The notes beneath the pieces are model-generated. The model did not search any database and was not told the origin of the DNA. It saw nothing but the letters and a program-made list of their open reading frames with translations. Positions 51,589 through 64,000 of a stretch of 64,000 nucleotides of DNA are shown here, one piece after another. The position numbers and the translations under genes are program-made. Positions within the stretch are counted from its first letter, which is position 1; each line of letters starts with the position of its first letter. This stretch comes from an uncultured Acidobacteriota bacterium (lineage in GTDB: Bacteria > Acidobacteriota > Polarisedimenticolia > J045), in NCBI GenBank assembly GCA_963702425.1, contig CAVPCQ010000012.1, forward strand, positions 64,001 to 128,000, in the 5' to 3' direction.

Positions 51589-52548
51589 CTACTTCGGGAC
51601 GATCGTGATCTCCACGCGCCGGTTCTGGGCGCGCCCGGCCTCGGCTTCGTTGGGCGCCACCGGCCGGGTCTCGCCGAAGCCCAGCGTCTCGTAGCGCACG
51701 CCCGCGGGTGCCGGCAGACCGGACAGCGCTGCGCGCACGGACTCGGCACGATCGATGGACAGCTTCTGGTTCGCGGCGTCGTCTCCCTGCGCATCCGTGT
51801 GCCCCTCGATCCGCACGAGGCAGCCGGGGTACGCCGCGATCACCTGCGCCACGTCGGCAATCGTCGTCCGGGCCGCTGGCTTCAGCGTGGCCTTGCCCGT
51901 GTCGAACAGGACCTGCGCGTCCATGCGCACGCGGATCCCCTCGGCGGTGGCCTCCGCCTTGACGCGCCCCAGCGCGTCCGCGAGGCCGGCGCTGAAGTCC
52001 TTCATGTCGAAGATCCGTTCGTCCTGGCCGGGTGGGGTCACGAAGAGCTGCAGGCCGAGTTCCGTCGCCGGTCCCTGGAAGAACCAGACCTTGATCGCGT
52101 GCGGACCCTTGGCGAGCTGGATCTCGCCCGTGCCCTCGGCCATCGCGTGCACGCCGTCGTTGTCGATCACCTCGTGGCCGTCGATCCACAGCCGGCTCCC
52201 GTCGTCCGAGACCAGTTTCCACGCGTAAAGCCCTGCGCCGGCGATCTGGAACGTGCCGTCGTAGAGCAGGCCGAACCACTCGAACCGGTCGGTGACGCCG
52301 GGAAAGCCCTCGGTGAACTCGCGCACCGGAACATCGAGCCGGCCGGTGTAGATGAACCCCTGCGGCTGTTTCGCGTCGAGGTTCGCCGGCATCGCCTCGG
52401 TATCTTCGGGGAGGAAGTAGATCGCCCCCTTCATCTCGAGCAGACCGGGGTCCTTCGTGCCGAACGACGGTTCGGCGGCGAGGACGAGACTCGGCAGCAG
52501 GGCCGCGACGACGGCGGCCGGGACCACGGAGCGGCGGAGCATCGACAT
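51589..52548 (-). CDS. Secreted PA14-domain + OmpA C-terminal (peptidoglycan-binding) protein
   Basis: GGAGG RBS; signal peptide; [28 protein letters not shown]; VLFDTGK, IEGHTD, NQKLS..RA, NRRVEI. Confidence 0.9.
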   Translation of the reverse strand: MSMLRRSVVPAAVVAALLPSLVLAAEPSFGTKDPGLLEMKGAIYFLPEDTEAMPANLDAKQPQGFIYTGRLDVPVREFTEGFPGVTDRFEWFGLLYDGTFQIAGAGLYAWKLVSDDGSRLWIDGHEVIDNDGVHAMAEGTGEIQLAKGPHAIKVWFFQGPATELGLQLFVTPPGQDERIFDMKDFSAGLADALGRVKAEATAEGIRVRMDAQVLFDTGKATLKPAARTTIADVAQVIAAYPGCLVRIEGHTDAQGDDAANQKLSIDRAESVRAALSGLPAPAGVRYETLGFGETRPVAPNEAEAGRAQNRRVEITIVPK

Positions 52549-52839
52549 CGTAAGACCTCCTGGGCCACACGGGCGCCGCGCGCCAGGGAATGCGTCAGGC
52601 TCGGGCACGCCACGATGGTACGCCGCTCGCGGGGTGGGGCCGGCCTGGACGCTGGTCGCCATGCGACCCGGGAGATGGAGGGGCCGGACGAACTCGCCAC
52701 CAATGACTACTTCATCGCCCTCCATGAGCCCCTCAAAGACGACCACGAGGAACTGTAAGGCCAGCGATTCCCGCGGCGTCGAAGAGCCGCTCCGGGGTCA
52801 GCCTTTCGCCGAGGGCCTTCCGGCGGACGCTGGCGCTCC

Positions 52840-52955
52840 GCCCCTCCCCCGGGGGGGGCGGGGGGGCGGGGTCGGCCGCGGCCCGGGCCCCCGGGGCGAC
52901 CCGGGGCCGAGCCCCGGGGGGGCTCCGGCCGGGCCGGGGGGCGGGTACGCGGCTG
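52840..52955. other. Near-pure G/C low-complexity tract
   Basis: Runs such as CCCCC GGGGGGGG C GGGGGGG; very few A/T over ~115 bp. Confidence 0.7.
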
Positions 52956-53012
52956 CCCGCCGCCGCTTGCCTTTCGCCGCTCTCGGCCACAGTTTTTCCC
53001 CGGGGGCCCGCC

Positions 53013-53372
53013 TTGGACGCGCTCGCGAAAGACAGGATTGCGGCCGGACCGAAGCTCAATCGGCTCGTGGCCACGCTGATCTGCGGCCACACCGGTGGGC
53101 TGCCGGATGCGAGTTACCCGGCCTACAGCGCGGAGATCAAGCTGGCGTTCGAGGCGATCGACGCCTTCGCGGCGGTGCATCGCAACGTCAAGCTGACGAT
53201 CGAATACCCCTTCCCCGAGGTCTGGGTGAAGCGCTCTGCCGAGCAGTTCTCGTCCGGCTGGGTCCCGGCCGCCTACATCTGCGAGGACACCCTTCCGCAC
53301 GCGATCTGCCTGGCGCTGCTCAAGGCGGCCGGCGCGTTCGAGCTCGAGACCGGAGAGAAGTACACGCTCTAG
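53013..53372 (+). CDS. Phage ABA-sandwich (BC1872-like) domain protein
   Basis: AGPKLNRLVA...PAYSAEIKLAFEAI...TLPHAICLALLKA matches the family pattern AG.ELD.LVA..P.YS.DI..AW..T.P.AIC.AALK. Confidence 0.65.
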   Translation: MDALAKDRIAAGPKLNRLVATLICGHTGGLPDASYPAYSAEIKLAFEAIDAFAAVHRNVKLTIEYPFPEVWVKRSAEQFSSGWVPAAYICEDTLPHAICLALLKAAGAFELETGEKYTL

Positions 53373-54523
53373 AGCGCGCGCTCGAGCGCCTCGGCCAGCT
53401 CGCCGTCGGTGAGCGGAAGCGGGTTGCCCTGCATGCTGCTGGCGCGCTGCGCCCGGGCGATCAGCTCGCCGAATGCGGCGCGCGTCAAACCGAAGGCCCC
53501 CAGCCGCGGGATGTCGAACTCCTCGACCAGCGCGCGCAGGGACTCCACCGCGTCCGCCGCGAGCGCTTCCGGATCGCCGGTCAGGAGCCGCGCCAGTTCG
53601 TCGTAGCGGGCCCTCGCGAGCGATGCCGGGTCACGCGCCGCCAGCGCGCGCGCGTTGACGGCCACGATCTCCGGCAGCAGCCGCGCGCAGGCCACCCCGT
53701 GCGGTGCGGGGACGATCCCGCCGAGCGGCGCGGCGAGCCCGTGGACCGCACCGAGCCGCGCGTTCGCCAGGGCGAGCCCTCCGAAGAGCGCGGCCAGCGC
53801 CATCTCCTCGCGCGCCGCGAGGTCGGAGCCGGTGGCGACGGCGCGGCGCAGCGCGCGCGGGACGCGCGGGATCGCCTCGCGGGCCAGGGCGTCGGTGAGC
53901 GGGTTGGCGGCGTTCGAGACGAACGGCTCGACGAGTTGCGTGAGCGCGTCGAGCCCGGTCGAGGCGGTCACGGCCGGGGAAACGCCGACGGCCAGCTCGG
54001 GATCGACGATCGCGACGCGGGGGAGCATCGCCTCGTGCCGCAGGCTCACCTTGACACGGCGCTCCGGAACCGCGAGCACGGCGTTGCGTGTCACCTCGCT
54101 TCCGGTCCCGGCCGTGGTCGGGATCGCGATCACCGGGAGCGGCGGCCGCTCGAGCGGCCGACCTTCCCCGACGACCTCCAGGTAGCGCAGCGGATCGCCG
54201 TCGTTGGCGGCGAGCGCGGCGATCGCCTTCGCCGCGTCGAGCGCGCTCCCGCCGCCGAGGCCCAGCACGACCGCGGCGCCGTGATCGCGCGCCGCGGACG
54301 CCCCGTCCGACGCGAGCCCGATCGTCGGCTCGGTCGGCACGCCGAAGACCGCGGCCTCGATTCCCCGCTCGGCGAGTGCCGCGAGGAGCGGTGCGGCCCG
54401 AGTGGTATCGCGCCCGGTCACGACCAGCGCGCGGCGCCCGAACGCCGCTGCCGCCGCCGGCGCCTCGGCGAGGCTGCCGCGCCCGAAGACGATCCGCCCG
54501 GCGCTGGCGAACGCGAAGCGCAC
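53369..54523 (-). CDS. Iron-containing alcohol dehydrogenase
   Basis: GGGSALDAAKA, IPTTAGTGSEVT, AIVDPEL, GLDALTQ, GAVHGLA, PHG. Confidence 0.92.
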   Translation of the reverse strand: MRFAFASAGRIVFGRGSLAEAPAAAAAFGRRALVVTGRDTTRAAPLLAALAERGIEAAVFGVPTEPTIGLASDGASAARDHGAAVVLGLGGGSALDAAKAIAALAANDGDPLRYLEVVGEGRPLERPPLPVIAIPTTAGTGSEVTRNAVLAVPERRVKVSLRHEAMLPRVAIVDPELAVGVSPAVTASTGLDALTQLVEPFVSNAANPLTDALAREAIPRVPRALRRAVATGSDLAAREEMALAALFGGLALANARLGAVHGLAAPLGGIVPAPHGVACARLLPEIVAVNARALAARDPASLARARYDELARLLTGDPEALAADAVESLRALVEEFDIPRLGAFGLTRAAFGELIARAQRASSMQGNPLPLTDGELAEALERAL

Positions 54524-54591
54524 GGTTCAGCCCCGACCTCCTCGGGGCGCAGGATACGCGATCGGGCCCCCCTCGGTGCTACCCTTCCGCC

Positions 54592-55353
54592 ATGCAGGTC
54601 GTGCCGCTCCCGGCGTTCTCCGACAACTACGTCTACGCGCTCGTGGACGGAACGGGCCGCCGCGCCGCGGTGGTCGATCCCGGCGACGCGGCGCCGGTGC
54701 TCGCGCTGCTCGAGCGCGATCGGCTGTCGCTCGAGGCGATCCTGCTGACGCACCACCACGGCGACCACGTCGGCGGCGTCGACGAGATAAGGCGCCGGCA
54801 CCCGGGCACCCGCGTCGCCGGCGCGGCCGGCGACCGGGCGCGGCTCCCCGCGCTGACGGAGACGGTCGGCGAGGGCGACCGCGTCGCGCTGCTCGGCTGC
54901 GAGGCCGCGGTGATCGAGGTCCCGGGGCACACCCGCGGCCACATCGCGTACTTCGTTCCCGGCGCGGCGGGCGGCGGCGACCTCTTCTCCGGCGACACGA
55001 TCTTCGGCGGAACGATCGGCAACCTGTTCGAGGGGACCCCGGACGAGATGTTCGACTCGCTGCAGAAGCTGCGCGCGCTCCCGCCGGCGACACGGATCTG
55101 GTGCGCGCACGAGTACACGCTGGCCTACGTCCGCGAGGCGGCGCGCTTCGACCCGGCCAACGCGCGCCTGGTCGAGCGGCTGCGCGCGCTCGAGCGCCGC
55201 GCGGCGGCCGGCGACCCGGTCACGGTGCCGCTGACGCTCGAGGAGGAGCGCGCCACCAACCCGTTCTTCCGCTGGGACGACCCCGACATGCTCGCGCGCC
55301 TCGGCACGCCGCCCGGCCGCCCGGCCTTCCGCCGGCTCTGCGAGCTGCTGTAG
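54592..55353 (+). CDS. gloB: Hydroxyacylglutathione hydrolase (glyoxalase II)
   Basis: DNYVY, VDPG, THHHGDHVGG, PGHTRGH, FSGDT, CAHEYT, EERATNPF. Confidence 0.9.
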   Translation: MQVVPLPAFSDNYVYALVDGTGRRAAVVDPGDAAPVLALLERDRLSLEAILLTHHHGDHVGGVDEIRRRHPGTRVAGAAGDRARLPALTETVGEGDRVALLGCEAAVIEVPGHTRGHIAYFVPGAAGGGDLFSGDTIFGGTIGNLFEGTPDEMFDSLQKLRALPPATRIWCAHEYTLAYVREAARFDPANARLVERLRALERRAAAGDPVTVPLTLEEERATNPFFRWDDPDMLARLGTPPGRPAFRRLCELL

Positions 55354-55375
55354 GGGCCGCCCTCCGTGGCGGCCC
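55354..55375. terminator. Hairpin between convergent gloB and anti-sigma genes
   Basis: GGGCCGCC-CTCCGT-GGCGGCCC, 8-bp stem directly after the gloB stop. Confidence 0.5.
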
Positions 55376-55392
55376 GACGGGCGTGCGAAAGC

Positions 55393-55818
55393 TCAACGCC
55401 CTCCGCGGCCCCGGCCGAGGCGCGCGCGGGAGACCGCGTAGGCGACCCAGAACGCCACGCCGGCTGCCAGGAGCAGGGACGCCAGCGCCGGCGAGCGGCG
55501 CCAGATGAAGAACTCGAATCCCGTGCCGCTGCCCGCCACGAACGAGAACGGTAGGCCGGTGAGGAAGATCGCGAGCGCCAGCAGCCACGACTGGCGCCGC
55601 AGCTGCCGGCGCGTCGCGTCGAGCACTTCGCGCTCGTGGCCGGGTCTCGGCTGGACCGGGACCGGGCGGACGAGTTCGTCCCGCAGGCGCTCGGCCTCCC
55701 GAGCCAGCTCCGGATCGCCCGCCAGGAACTCCTCGACGAGCGCGCGCGTGTCCGCGCTCGCTTCGCCCGCGAGGTAGCTCGGCAGGAGATCGTTGACGAC
55801 GTCCTTCGTGACCTTCAT
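55393..55818 (-). CDS. Putative anti-sigma factor (zf-HC2-like N-terminus, 2 TM)
   Basis: DVVNDLLPSYLAGEASADTRALVEEFL; ATGA-coupled to the sigma gene. Confidence 0.8.
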   Translation of the reverse strand: MKVTKDVVNDLLPSYLAGEASADTRALVEEFLAGDPELAREAERLRDELVRPVPVQPRPGHEREVLDATRRQLRRQSWLLALAIFLTGLPFSFVAGSGTGFEFFIWRRSPALASLLLAAGVAFWVAYAVSRARLGRGRGGR

Positions 55819-56351
55819 CGGCGTTCTCCGTCTCCGGCGCGCGCGCCGGCGCGCCGCCGGGCCAGCTTGAGCCGGGCGCGGTGCACCTTGACCTTCGCCG
55901 CGGTGACCGACGTGCCCAGCGTCGCGGCGATCTCTTCGTAGGGCAGCTCGTGGAACGCGCGCATCAGGAGCGCGGCGCGCTCGTCCTCGGCCAGTTCACC
56001 CAGCGCCGCGAGCACGGCGCGCAGCTCGTCGCGCCCCTCGGCGATCGCCGCCGGCCCCGGACCCGGGTCGTGCCACGCCCCGCCGTCGAGCGCCTCGTGC
56101 GGCGCGCGGCGCCGCGCGTGCAGGTGCAGGTTCCGGGCAATCGTGAAGAGGTAGCCCTTCACGGTCGCGGCGTCGACCCGCGCGGCCGCGGTGAAGACGC
56201 GCACGAAGGTCTCGGACGCGATGTCCTCGGCCTCTGCCGCGTTGCCGCAGAGGTAGAGCGCGAAGCGGTAGACATCCGCCCCGTAGCGCCGGTAGAGCTC
56301 GGCCGGGTCGATCGTCGCGCTCAGACGAAGCTCCGCTTTCGCGCATACCAT
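55815..56351 (-). CDS. ECF RNA polymerase sigma factor
   Basis: LYRRY..VYRFA, AEDIASETF, YLFTIARN, LPYEEIAATLG, KVKVHRAR; start uncertain. Confidence 0.9.
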   Translation of the reverse strand: MVCAKAELRLSATIDPAELYRRYGADVYRFALYLCGNAAEAEDIASETFVRVFTAAARVDAATVKGYLFTIARNLHLHARRRAPHEALDGGAWHDPGPGPAAIAEGRDELRAVLAALGELAEDERAALLMRAFHELPYEEIAATLGTSVTAAKVKVHRARLKLARRRAGARAGDGERR

Positions 56352-57031
56352 GCCACGGCCGCCGCGCCCACGGCGAGCGTGAAGGCGGCCGCGCAGGCCG
56401 TGGCGAGCATCCGTTCGGGGCCGCCCTGCAGGACCCGTTTGAGGAATGTCGCCACCGCCGGGCTTCGGCTCGCCGCCAACCCCAGCCCGTTGCCCGCGAC
56501 GAGCATCGTCGCGAAGGACGCCGCCATCGTGGCCCCGGTCGACTCGCTCGCCACGGCCACGGCGAGCGGCACGGCGACGGCCGCGAGCCAGCTGGTCACG
56601 ACGAGCGCCAGCCACCCCGCCCAGCCGGCCGCGATCGCCAGCGGCCCCGCACCCGCTTCGCGCGCCAGGCGCGCCGCATCGACCGGCGAGAGGGCGCCGA
56701 TCACTCCCGCCAGCACGGTCGCCGCCGGCGCCGCGAGGACGAGCGTCGCGATGACCTTCGCCGCGGCGTGCTCGGCGGACGTGACCGGCAGGGCGAGCAG
56801 GAACGGCAGCGTCCGGCGCTCGCGCTCGCCGAGCGCGGCGACGAAGACGAGGTGGAACGCGGAGCCGATCGCCGCGCACAGCGCGAGCGAGAGGCCGACA
56901 CTGCGCGCGGACGCCAGCGGCAGCGCGGCGAGCGCGGCGGCCGACGCAGCGGCGATCCCGTAGAGCAAGACCGCCGTGCGGTGGAGCGAGAGGTCCTTGC
57001 GCACGAGCCGCACCACGCGGCGCGGGCTCAC
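56321..57031 (-). CDS. ABC-2 type permease
   Basis: LVRKDL, ERERRTLPFLLALPVT...AK, multiple TM. Confidence 0.8.
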   Translation of the reverse strand: MSPRRVVRLVRKDLSLHRTAVLLYGIAAASAAALAALPLASARSVGLSLALCAAIGSAFHLVFVAALGERERRTLPFLLALPVTSAEHAAAKVIATLVLAAPAATVLAGVIGALSPVDAARLAREAGAGPLAIAAGWAGWLALVVTSWLAAVAVPLAVAVASESTGATMAASFATMLVAGNGLGLAASRSPAVATFLKRVLQGGPERMLATACAAAFTLAVGAAAVAWYARKRSFV

Positions 57032-57471
57032 GCGGCCGCCCGCGCCGGGTCCGCGAGCCGGCCGCCGTCGAGCGCCACGACGCGCCCGGCGAGCTGCCAG
57101 GCGGGGTCGAGCCCGAATGCCTCCGCGAGGCCCCGGGCCCGTGCCGCGTCCCAGCGCGGGACGAGCGAGGCGACCAGCTCGATGTGCCAGCGCAGCGTCG
57201 CCGCCGCGTACAGGGCGGCATCCTCGGTGACGAGGGCGACCCGCTCGCGCGCTGCCACCGCGTCCCGCGGCAGGAGCGCACCGGCGATCTGCACCTGCCC
57301 CTGGTCGGCGCGCACCAGCCCGGCTGCCAGGCGCAGCAGGGTCGACTTGCCGGAGCCGTTGGAACCGGCCAGCGCCACCGACTCGCCGGGCAGGACCTCG
57401 AGGTCGAGCGGTCCGAAGGTGAACGACGGGTAGCGCCGCACGACGCCGTCGAATTGCAGGATGGGCCGCAT
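57028..57471 (-). pseudogene. ABC transporter ATPase with in-frame internal deletion (147 aa)
   Basis: Walker A GSNGSGKST present; signature, Walker B and H-loop absent; terminal RVVALDGGRL retained. Confidence 0.7.
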
Positions 57472-57545
57472 CGGTCGAGTTCCTCCCGGCCGGCGACGCG
57501 TTCCGCGCCGGGCCTCGGAGGATCTATCCGCGAGACCGCCCGCGG

Positions 57546-58694
57546 TTACACCAGTCCCGCCAACCGCCGCGCCAGACGCGCCACCCCTTCCGCGAAGGTC
57601 GCCTCGTCGGGCAGCAGGCTGAGCACCAGCCAGCCGTCGCCGGGGAGGTCGTAGAACCAGCCGGGCTGGACGAGCACCCGCTCCTCCTCCAGCAGTGCCA
57701 GCGCCAGATCCTCGCTCGCGACGACCGACGGGTAGCGCAGCACCGCCGACCACCCGCCCTGCGGCTCGACCAGCGCTACCGCGGGCAGCGGTGCGAGGGC
57801 CTCCCGCAGCAGCGCGAGGTGGGCCCGGCAGCGCGCGAGGATCGCCTCCCGCACCGGGCGCGCCGCGGCGAACAGCTCGGCCAGCGCCGCCGCGACCGGC
57901 GTCGCCACCGGGAGGTAGCAGTCGGCCACGAACGCGAGCCGCTCGAGCGCGGCGCGGCGCGCCGGCTCCGGCCCCGAGACCTGCGTCCAGGCCAGCTTCA
58001 GCTGCGGCAGGCCGGCCGACTTCGACAGGCCGCCCAGCGTGAAGGTCAGTGCCTCTCTCGTCCCGGCGAAGCTCCGCGGCACCCGCGCCGGATCGAGCGG
58101 ATAGTCGAGGAAGACCTCGTCGACGATCAGCGCGATCCCGTGGCGGGCGCACCACGCGATCGTCCGCTCCGCGGCCTCGTCGTCGAGGTACGAGCCGGTC
58201 GGGTTGTTGGGATGGACCGCCACGACGGCCTTCGCCCCCGGCGGTGGCTCGGCGGGGAGCAGGGGCTGGAAGCCGTGCTCGCGGTCGAGCCGGTAGGAGA
58301 CCGCGCGCACCCCTTCCAGCGCGGCGAGGTGTTCGAAGAGCGGGTAGGACGGGGCCGGGAACAGGACCGCCTCGCCGGGATCGCACAGCAGCTTGAAGAG
58401 CAGCGCGTAGGCCTCGCTGGTCGAGGCGGTCAGCACGATCGACGCCGGGTCGGCCGGGCGCCCGAGGCGCGCGCACTCGTCGGCAACCGCCGCGCGCGCG
58501 GCCGGGAGGCCGCACGGGTCGGGGTCGTAGTCGAGGCCGCGGGGATCGGCGAGCGGCCGCAGCAGCCCCTCCGGATAGGCGATGCCGGCACGGGTCGGGT
58601 TCGAGAGGGTCAGATCGAAGAGGGGGGGAAGATCCGCGCGCCGGCGGGCCAGCCGGTTGGGGGCCAGGTCGTGCGGCAACCGGCGCGAGAACAT
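57546..58694 (-). CDS. PLP-dependent aminotransferase class I/II
   Basis: DLTLSNPT, TASTSEAY, PSYPLF, HPNNPTG, IVDEVF, GGLSKSAGLPQLKLAW. Confidence 0.92.
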   Translation of the reverse strand: MFSRRLPHDLAPNRLARRRADLPPLFDLTLSNPTRAGIAYPEGLLRPLADPRGLDYDPDPCGLPAARAAVADECARLGRPADPASIVLTASTSEAYALLFKLLCDPGEAVLFPAPSYPLFEHLAALEGVRAVSYRLDREHGFQPLLPAEPPPGAKAVVAVHPNNPTGSYLDDEAAERTIAWCARHGIALIVDEVFLDYPLDPARVPRSFAGTREALTFTLGGLSKSAGLPQLKLAWTQVSGPEPARRAALERLAFVADCYLPVATPVAAALAELFAAARPVREAILARCRAHLALLREALAPLPAVALVEPQGGWSAVLRYPSVVASEDLALALLEEERVLVQPGWFYDLPGDGWLVLSLLPDEATFAEGVARLARRLAGLV

Positions 58695-58724
58695 GCGCTT
58701 ATGCTAGCGCCCGTGGCACCCGCG

Positions 58725-61692
<2,968 letters not shown>

Positions 61693-61777
61693 ACGGTCGG
61701 CACGGCCCGGGGCGCCGCGCTATCCTCTCCGGTCTGCGGCCCGTCCGGCCGCAGCCGCCCGATCGAAGGAGAGTCCG

Positions 61778-63608
61778 ATGACCCCGTCCCACGCCCGTTT
61801 CGTCCGCCGCACCAGCGTCGGCCTCGCGCTGGCCGCACTCGCCGTCTGCGCCGCAGGATGGACCGCGGCCGCGGCACCCCCCGCGACCGCCCCCGCCGCA
61901 ACCGCACCGGCCGCCGCCGCGCAGGTGAAGGTCGAGAGCTTCACCCTCGACAACGGCCTGACCTTCCTGCTGGTCCGGAAGCCCGAGCTGACCACCGTTG
62001 CCGCCGGCTGGGTGGCGCACGTCGGCTCCGCCAACGAGCGCCCCGGGATCACCGGCCTGACCCACCTGTTCGAGCACATGATGTTCAAGGGTTCGCGCAC
62101 GATCGGGACGACCAACATCGAGCGCGACCTGCAGATCATCGGCGAGCAGGAGCAGTTGCAGGAGCAGATCCGCGCGCTCTACGCCCGGCAGCAGGACCGC
62201 TGGCGCGCCGGCGAGATCGAGGACCCGTTCGACCCGGCGAGCCGCCCGCCCGAGCTGGTCGAGCTGGAGAAGAAGTTCCAGGCGCTGGTCGACGAGCAGC
62301 GCGCGCTGATGGTCAAGGACGAGTTCGACAAGGTCTACACCGAAGCCGGCGGCTCGGGCATGAACGCCTTCACCAACAACGACATGACGGTCTACTTCAT
62401 CACCGTGCCGGCGAACAAGCTCGAGCTCTGGTTCTGGATGGAGTCGGATCGCCTGTTCTACCTGGTGCCGCGCGAGTTCTACTCCGAGCGCGACGTGGTC
62501 ATGGAGGAGCGCCGGCTGCGTACCGAGTCGACCCCGACCGGGAAGTTCGACGAGCAGTTCGAGTCGCTGATCTGGCAGTCGCATCCCTACGGCTGGCCGG
62601 TCGTCGGCTGGCCCTCGGACCTGAAGGTGATCTCGAAGAAGCAGGCCGAGGACTACTACAAGACCTACTACTCCCCCTCCAACATCACCGTCGCGATGGT
62701 CGGCAACTTCGAAACGGCGCAGGTCAAGGCGCTGGCCCAGAAGTACTTCGGGCGCGTCACGGAAAAGTCCCCGCCGCCCCCGCCGGTCGTCACGCAGGAG
62801 ATGCCGCAGCTCGCCGAGCAGCGGATGATCGCCGAGTGCGACTGCCAGCCGCAGGTCCAGGTCGCGTACCAGACCGTCCCCTTCATGCACAAGGACTCCT
62901 ACCCGCTCGACGTGCTGGCCGGGCTGCTCAACGGACGGACGGGGCGGCTGTACAAGACGATGGTCCTCGGGGACGAGATTGCGACCTCGGCCAGCGCGAA
63001 CCAGGACTCGCGCAAGTGGGCCGGCGTCTTCACCTTCTCCGCCGAGACCAAGGGCGACGGCACGCCCGAGGATCTCGAGCAGGCGTGGTACGCGGAGGTG
63101 AAGAGGATCCAGGAGCAGCCGATCCCGGCCGAGGAGCTGCAGAAGGTCAAGAACCAGATCGCGGCCGACGCCTTCCGGCGGCTGGAAAACCCGTTCTTCC
63201 TGATGGTCCAGCTCCTCTACTACGAGGGGCTCGGCGACTGGCGCTATCTCAACGGCTGGGCCGACCGCACGCTGGCCGTGACCGCGGACGACGTGAAGCG
63301 CGTCGCCACGACCTACCTCACCAGGGAGAACCGGACCGCTGGCGTCTACACCCGCAAGGCGGGGAGCGCGGCCGAGCCGATGCCGCCGGCGCTCGAGGGC
63401 CTGCCGCCGGAGGTCCAGCAGGGGATCATGGGACAGGTCAAGAAGGTCAAGGACGGAGACCGACGCCGCGCGCCTCGAGCAGGCACTGGCGCAGGTTCAG
63501 CAGCAGGCCGGCCAGGTCCCGCCCGAGTTCAAGAAGGCGCTGGAGTACGTGCAGCAGGCGATCGAGGGCCGTCTCGCGGAGCTCGAGGCGGCGGGAGGTG
63601 TCCAGTGA
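61778..63608 (+). CDS. M16 (pitrilysin) family zinc peptidase, catalytic subunit; +1 frameshift at ~63452
   Basis: Signal peptide; LDNGL, GSANE.PGITGLTHLFEHMMFKG (HxxEH), NAFT, ESDR, HPYGWP. The helical tail to TGA 63608 is in the +1 frame. Confidence 0.88.
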
Positions 63609-64000
63609 GGACGATGACGAAGATCCTGGCCGCGGTCGCCGCAGTCGCCGCCCTGGCGGTCCCCGCCGCACCGGCCCAGTCGACGGAGGTCGCCCGGCAC
63701 CCCCGCGACCTCAAGTACGGCCCGCTCAAGTTCGAGACGCCCGATCCTGCCAAGTACAGCTTCAAGCTGAAGAACGGCCTCTCGGCCTGGGTCGCGGAGG
63801 ACTTCTCGCTGCCGCTCGTGAACGTCTCGATCAAGGTCCGCGCGGGGCAGTTCCTGGCGGCCGACCGGCCGGGGCTGGCCGGCATGACCGGGTCGATGAT
63901 GCGCAAGGGGGGTGCGGGCGACCTCACCGCCGAACAGTTCGACGAGCGCGCCGACTTCCTGGCCGCCGAGATCGGCAGCTACGCCGGCGAGACCGAGGCC
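63605..64000 (+). CDS. M16 family non-catalytic partner subunit (partial)
   Basis: GTGA overlap; signal peptide; HPRDLKY, LKNGL, EDFSLPLV, GLAGMTGSMMRKGG (no HxxEH). Confidence 0.85.
   Translation, partial: MRTMTKILAAVAAVAALAVPAAPAQSTEVARHPRDLKYGPLKFETPDPAKYSFKLKNGLSAWVAEDFSLPLVNVSIKVRAGQFLAADRPGLAGMTGSMMRKGGAGDLTAEQFDERADFLAAEIGSYAGETEA

Noticed and set aside
52615-52758. Short plus ORF ([27 protein letters not shown]) and an antisense MFP-like phrase [16 protein letters not shown]
   Set aside because: Too short to support. The antisense codons are A/T-ending and unlike the host, so the MFP likeness is probably chance.

Overview
GC-rich bacterial DNA in two parts. By eye, 1-44.5 kb is a lower-GC accessory region. 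It starts with two co-oriented, translationally coupled NRPS genes: C-A(Thr)-T, then a >3380-aa NDD-C-A(Ile)[N-MT]-T-C-A(Gly)-T-C-A protein that runs off the left edge. These lie downstream of, and co-oriented with, a priming sugar-phosphate transferase and two GT4 glycosyltransferases. A divergent operon encodes a GT4, a Wzy/ligase-like protein and a Wzz/GumC-like protein, followed by a polysaccharide deacetylase, a GHL15-like hydrolase and a fourth GT4. From 29.3 to 42.6 kb, secreted-protein genes (14x FG-GAP, Cys-rich, M23 peptidase) are separated by three degenerate copies of one transposase element. This stretch also holds IS630, IS3, IS91, IS5 and IS4 relics, a structurally complete IS701 and a 160-bp MITE; the IS701, the MITE and the IS5 left end all sit at CTAG sites. 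From 44.5 to 64 kb is a very GC-rich, core-like block: MgtC/DUF4010, RND pump, hppA, PA14-OmpA, Fe-ADH, gloB, an ECF sigma/anti-sigma/ABC operon, an aminotransferase, a SWIM-SNF2 helicase and an M16 peptidase pair. The best candidate for a novel system is the NRPS embedded in a Wzy-type surface-glycan locus, with a possible poly-C phase-variation switch. All family calls come from motif recognition by eye; no searches were run.
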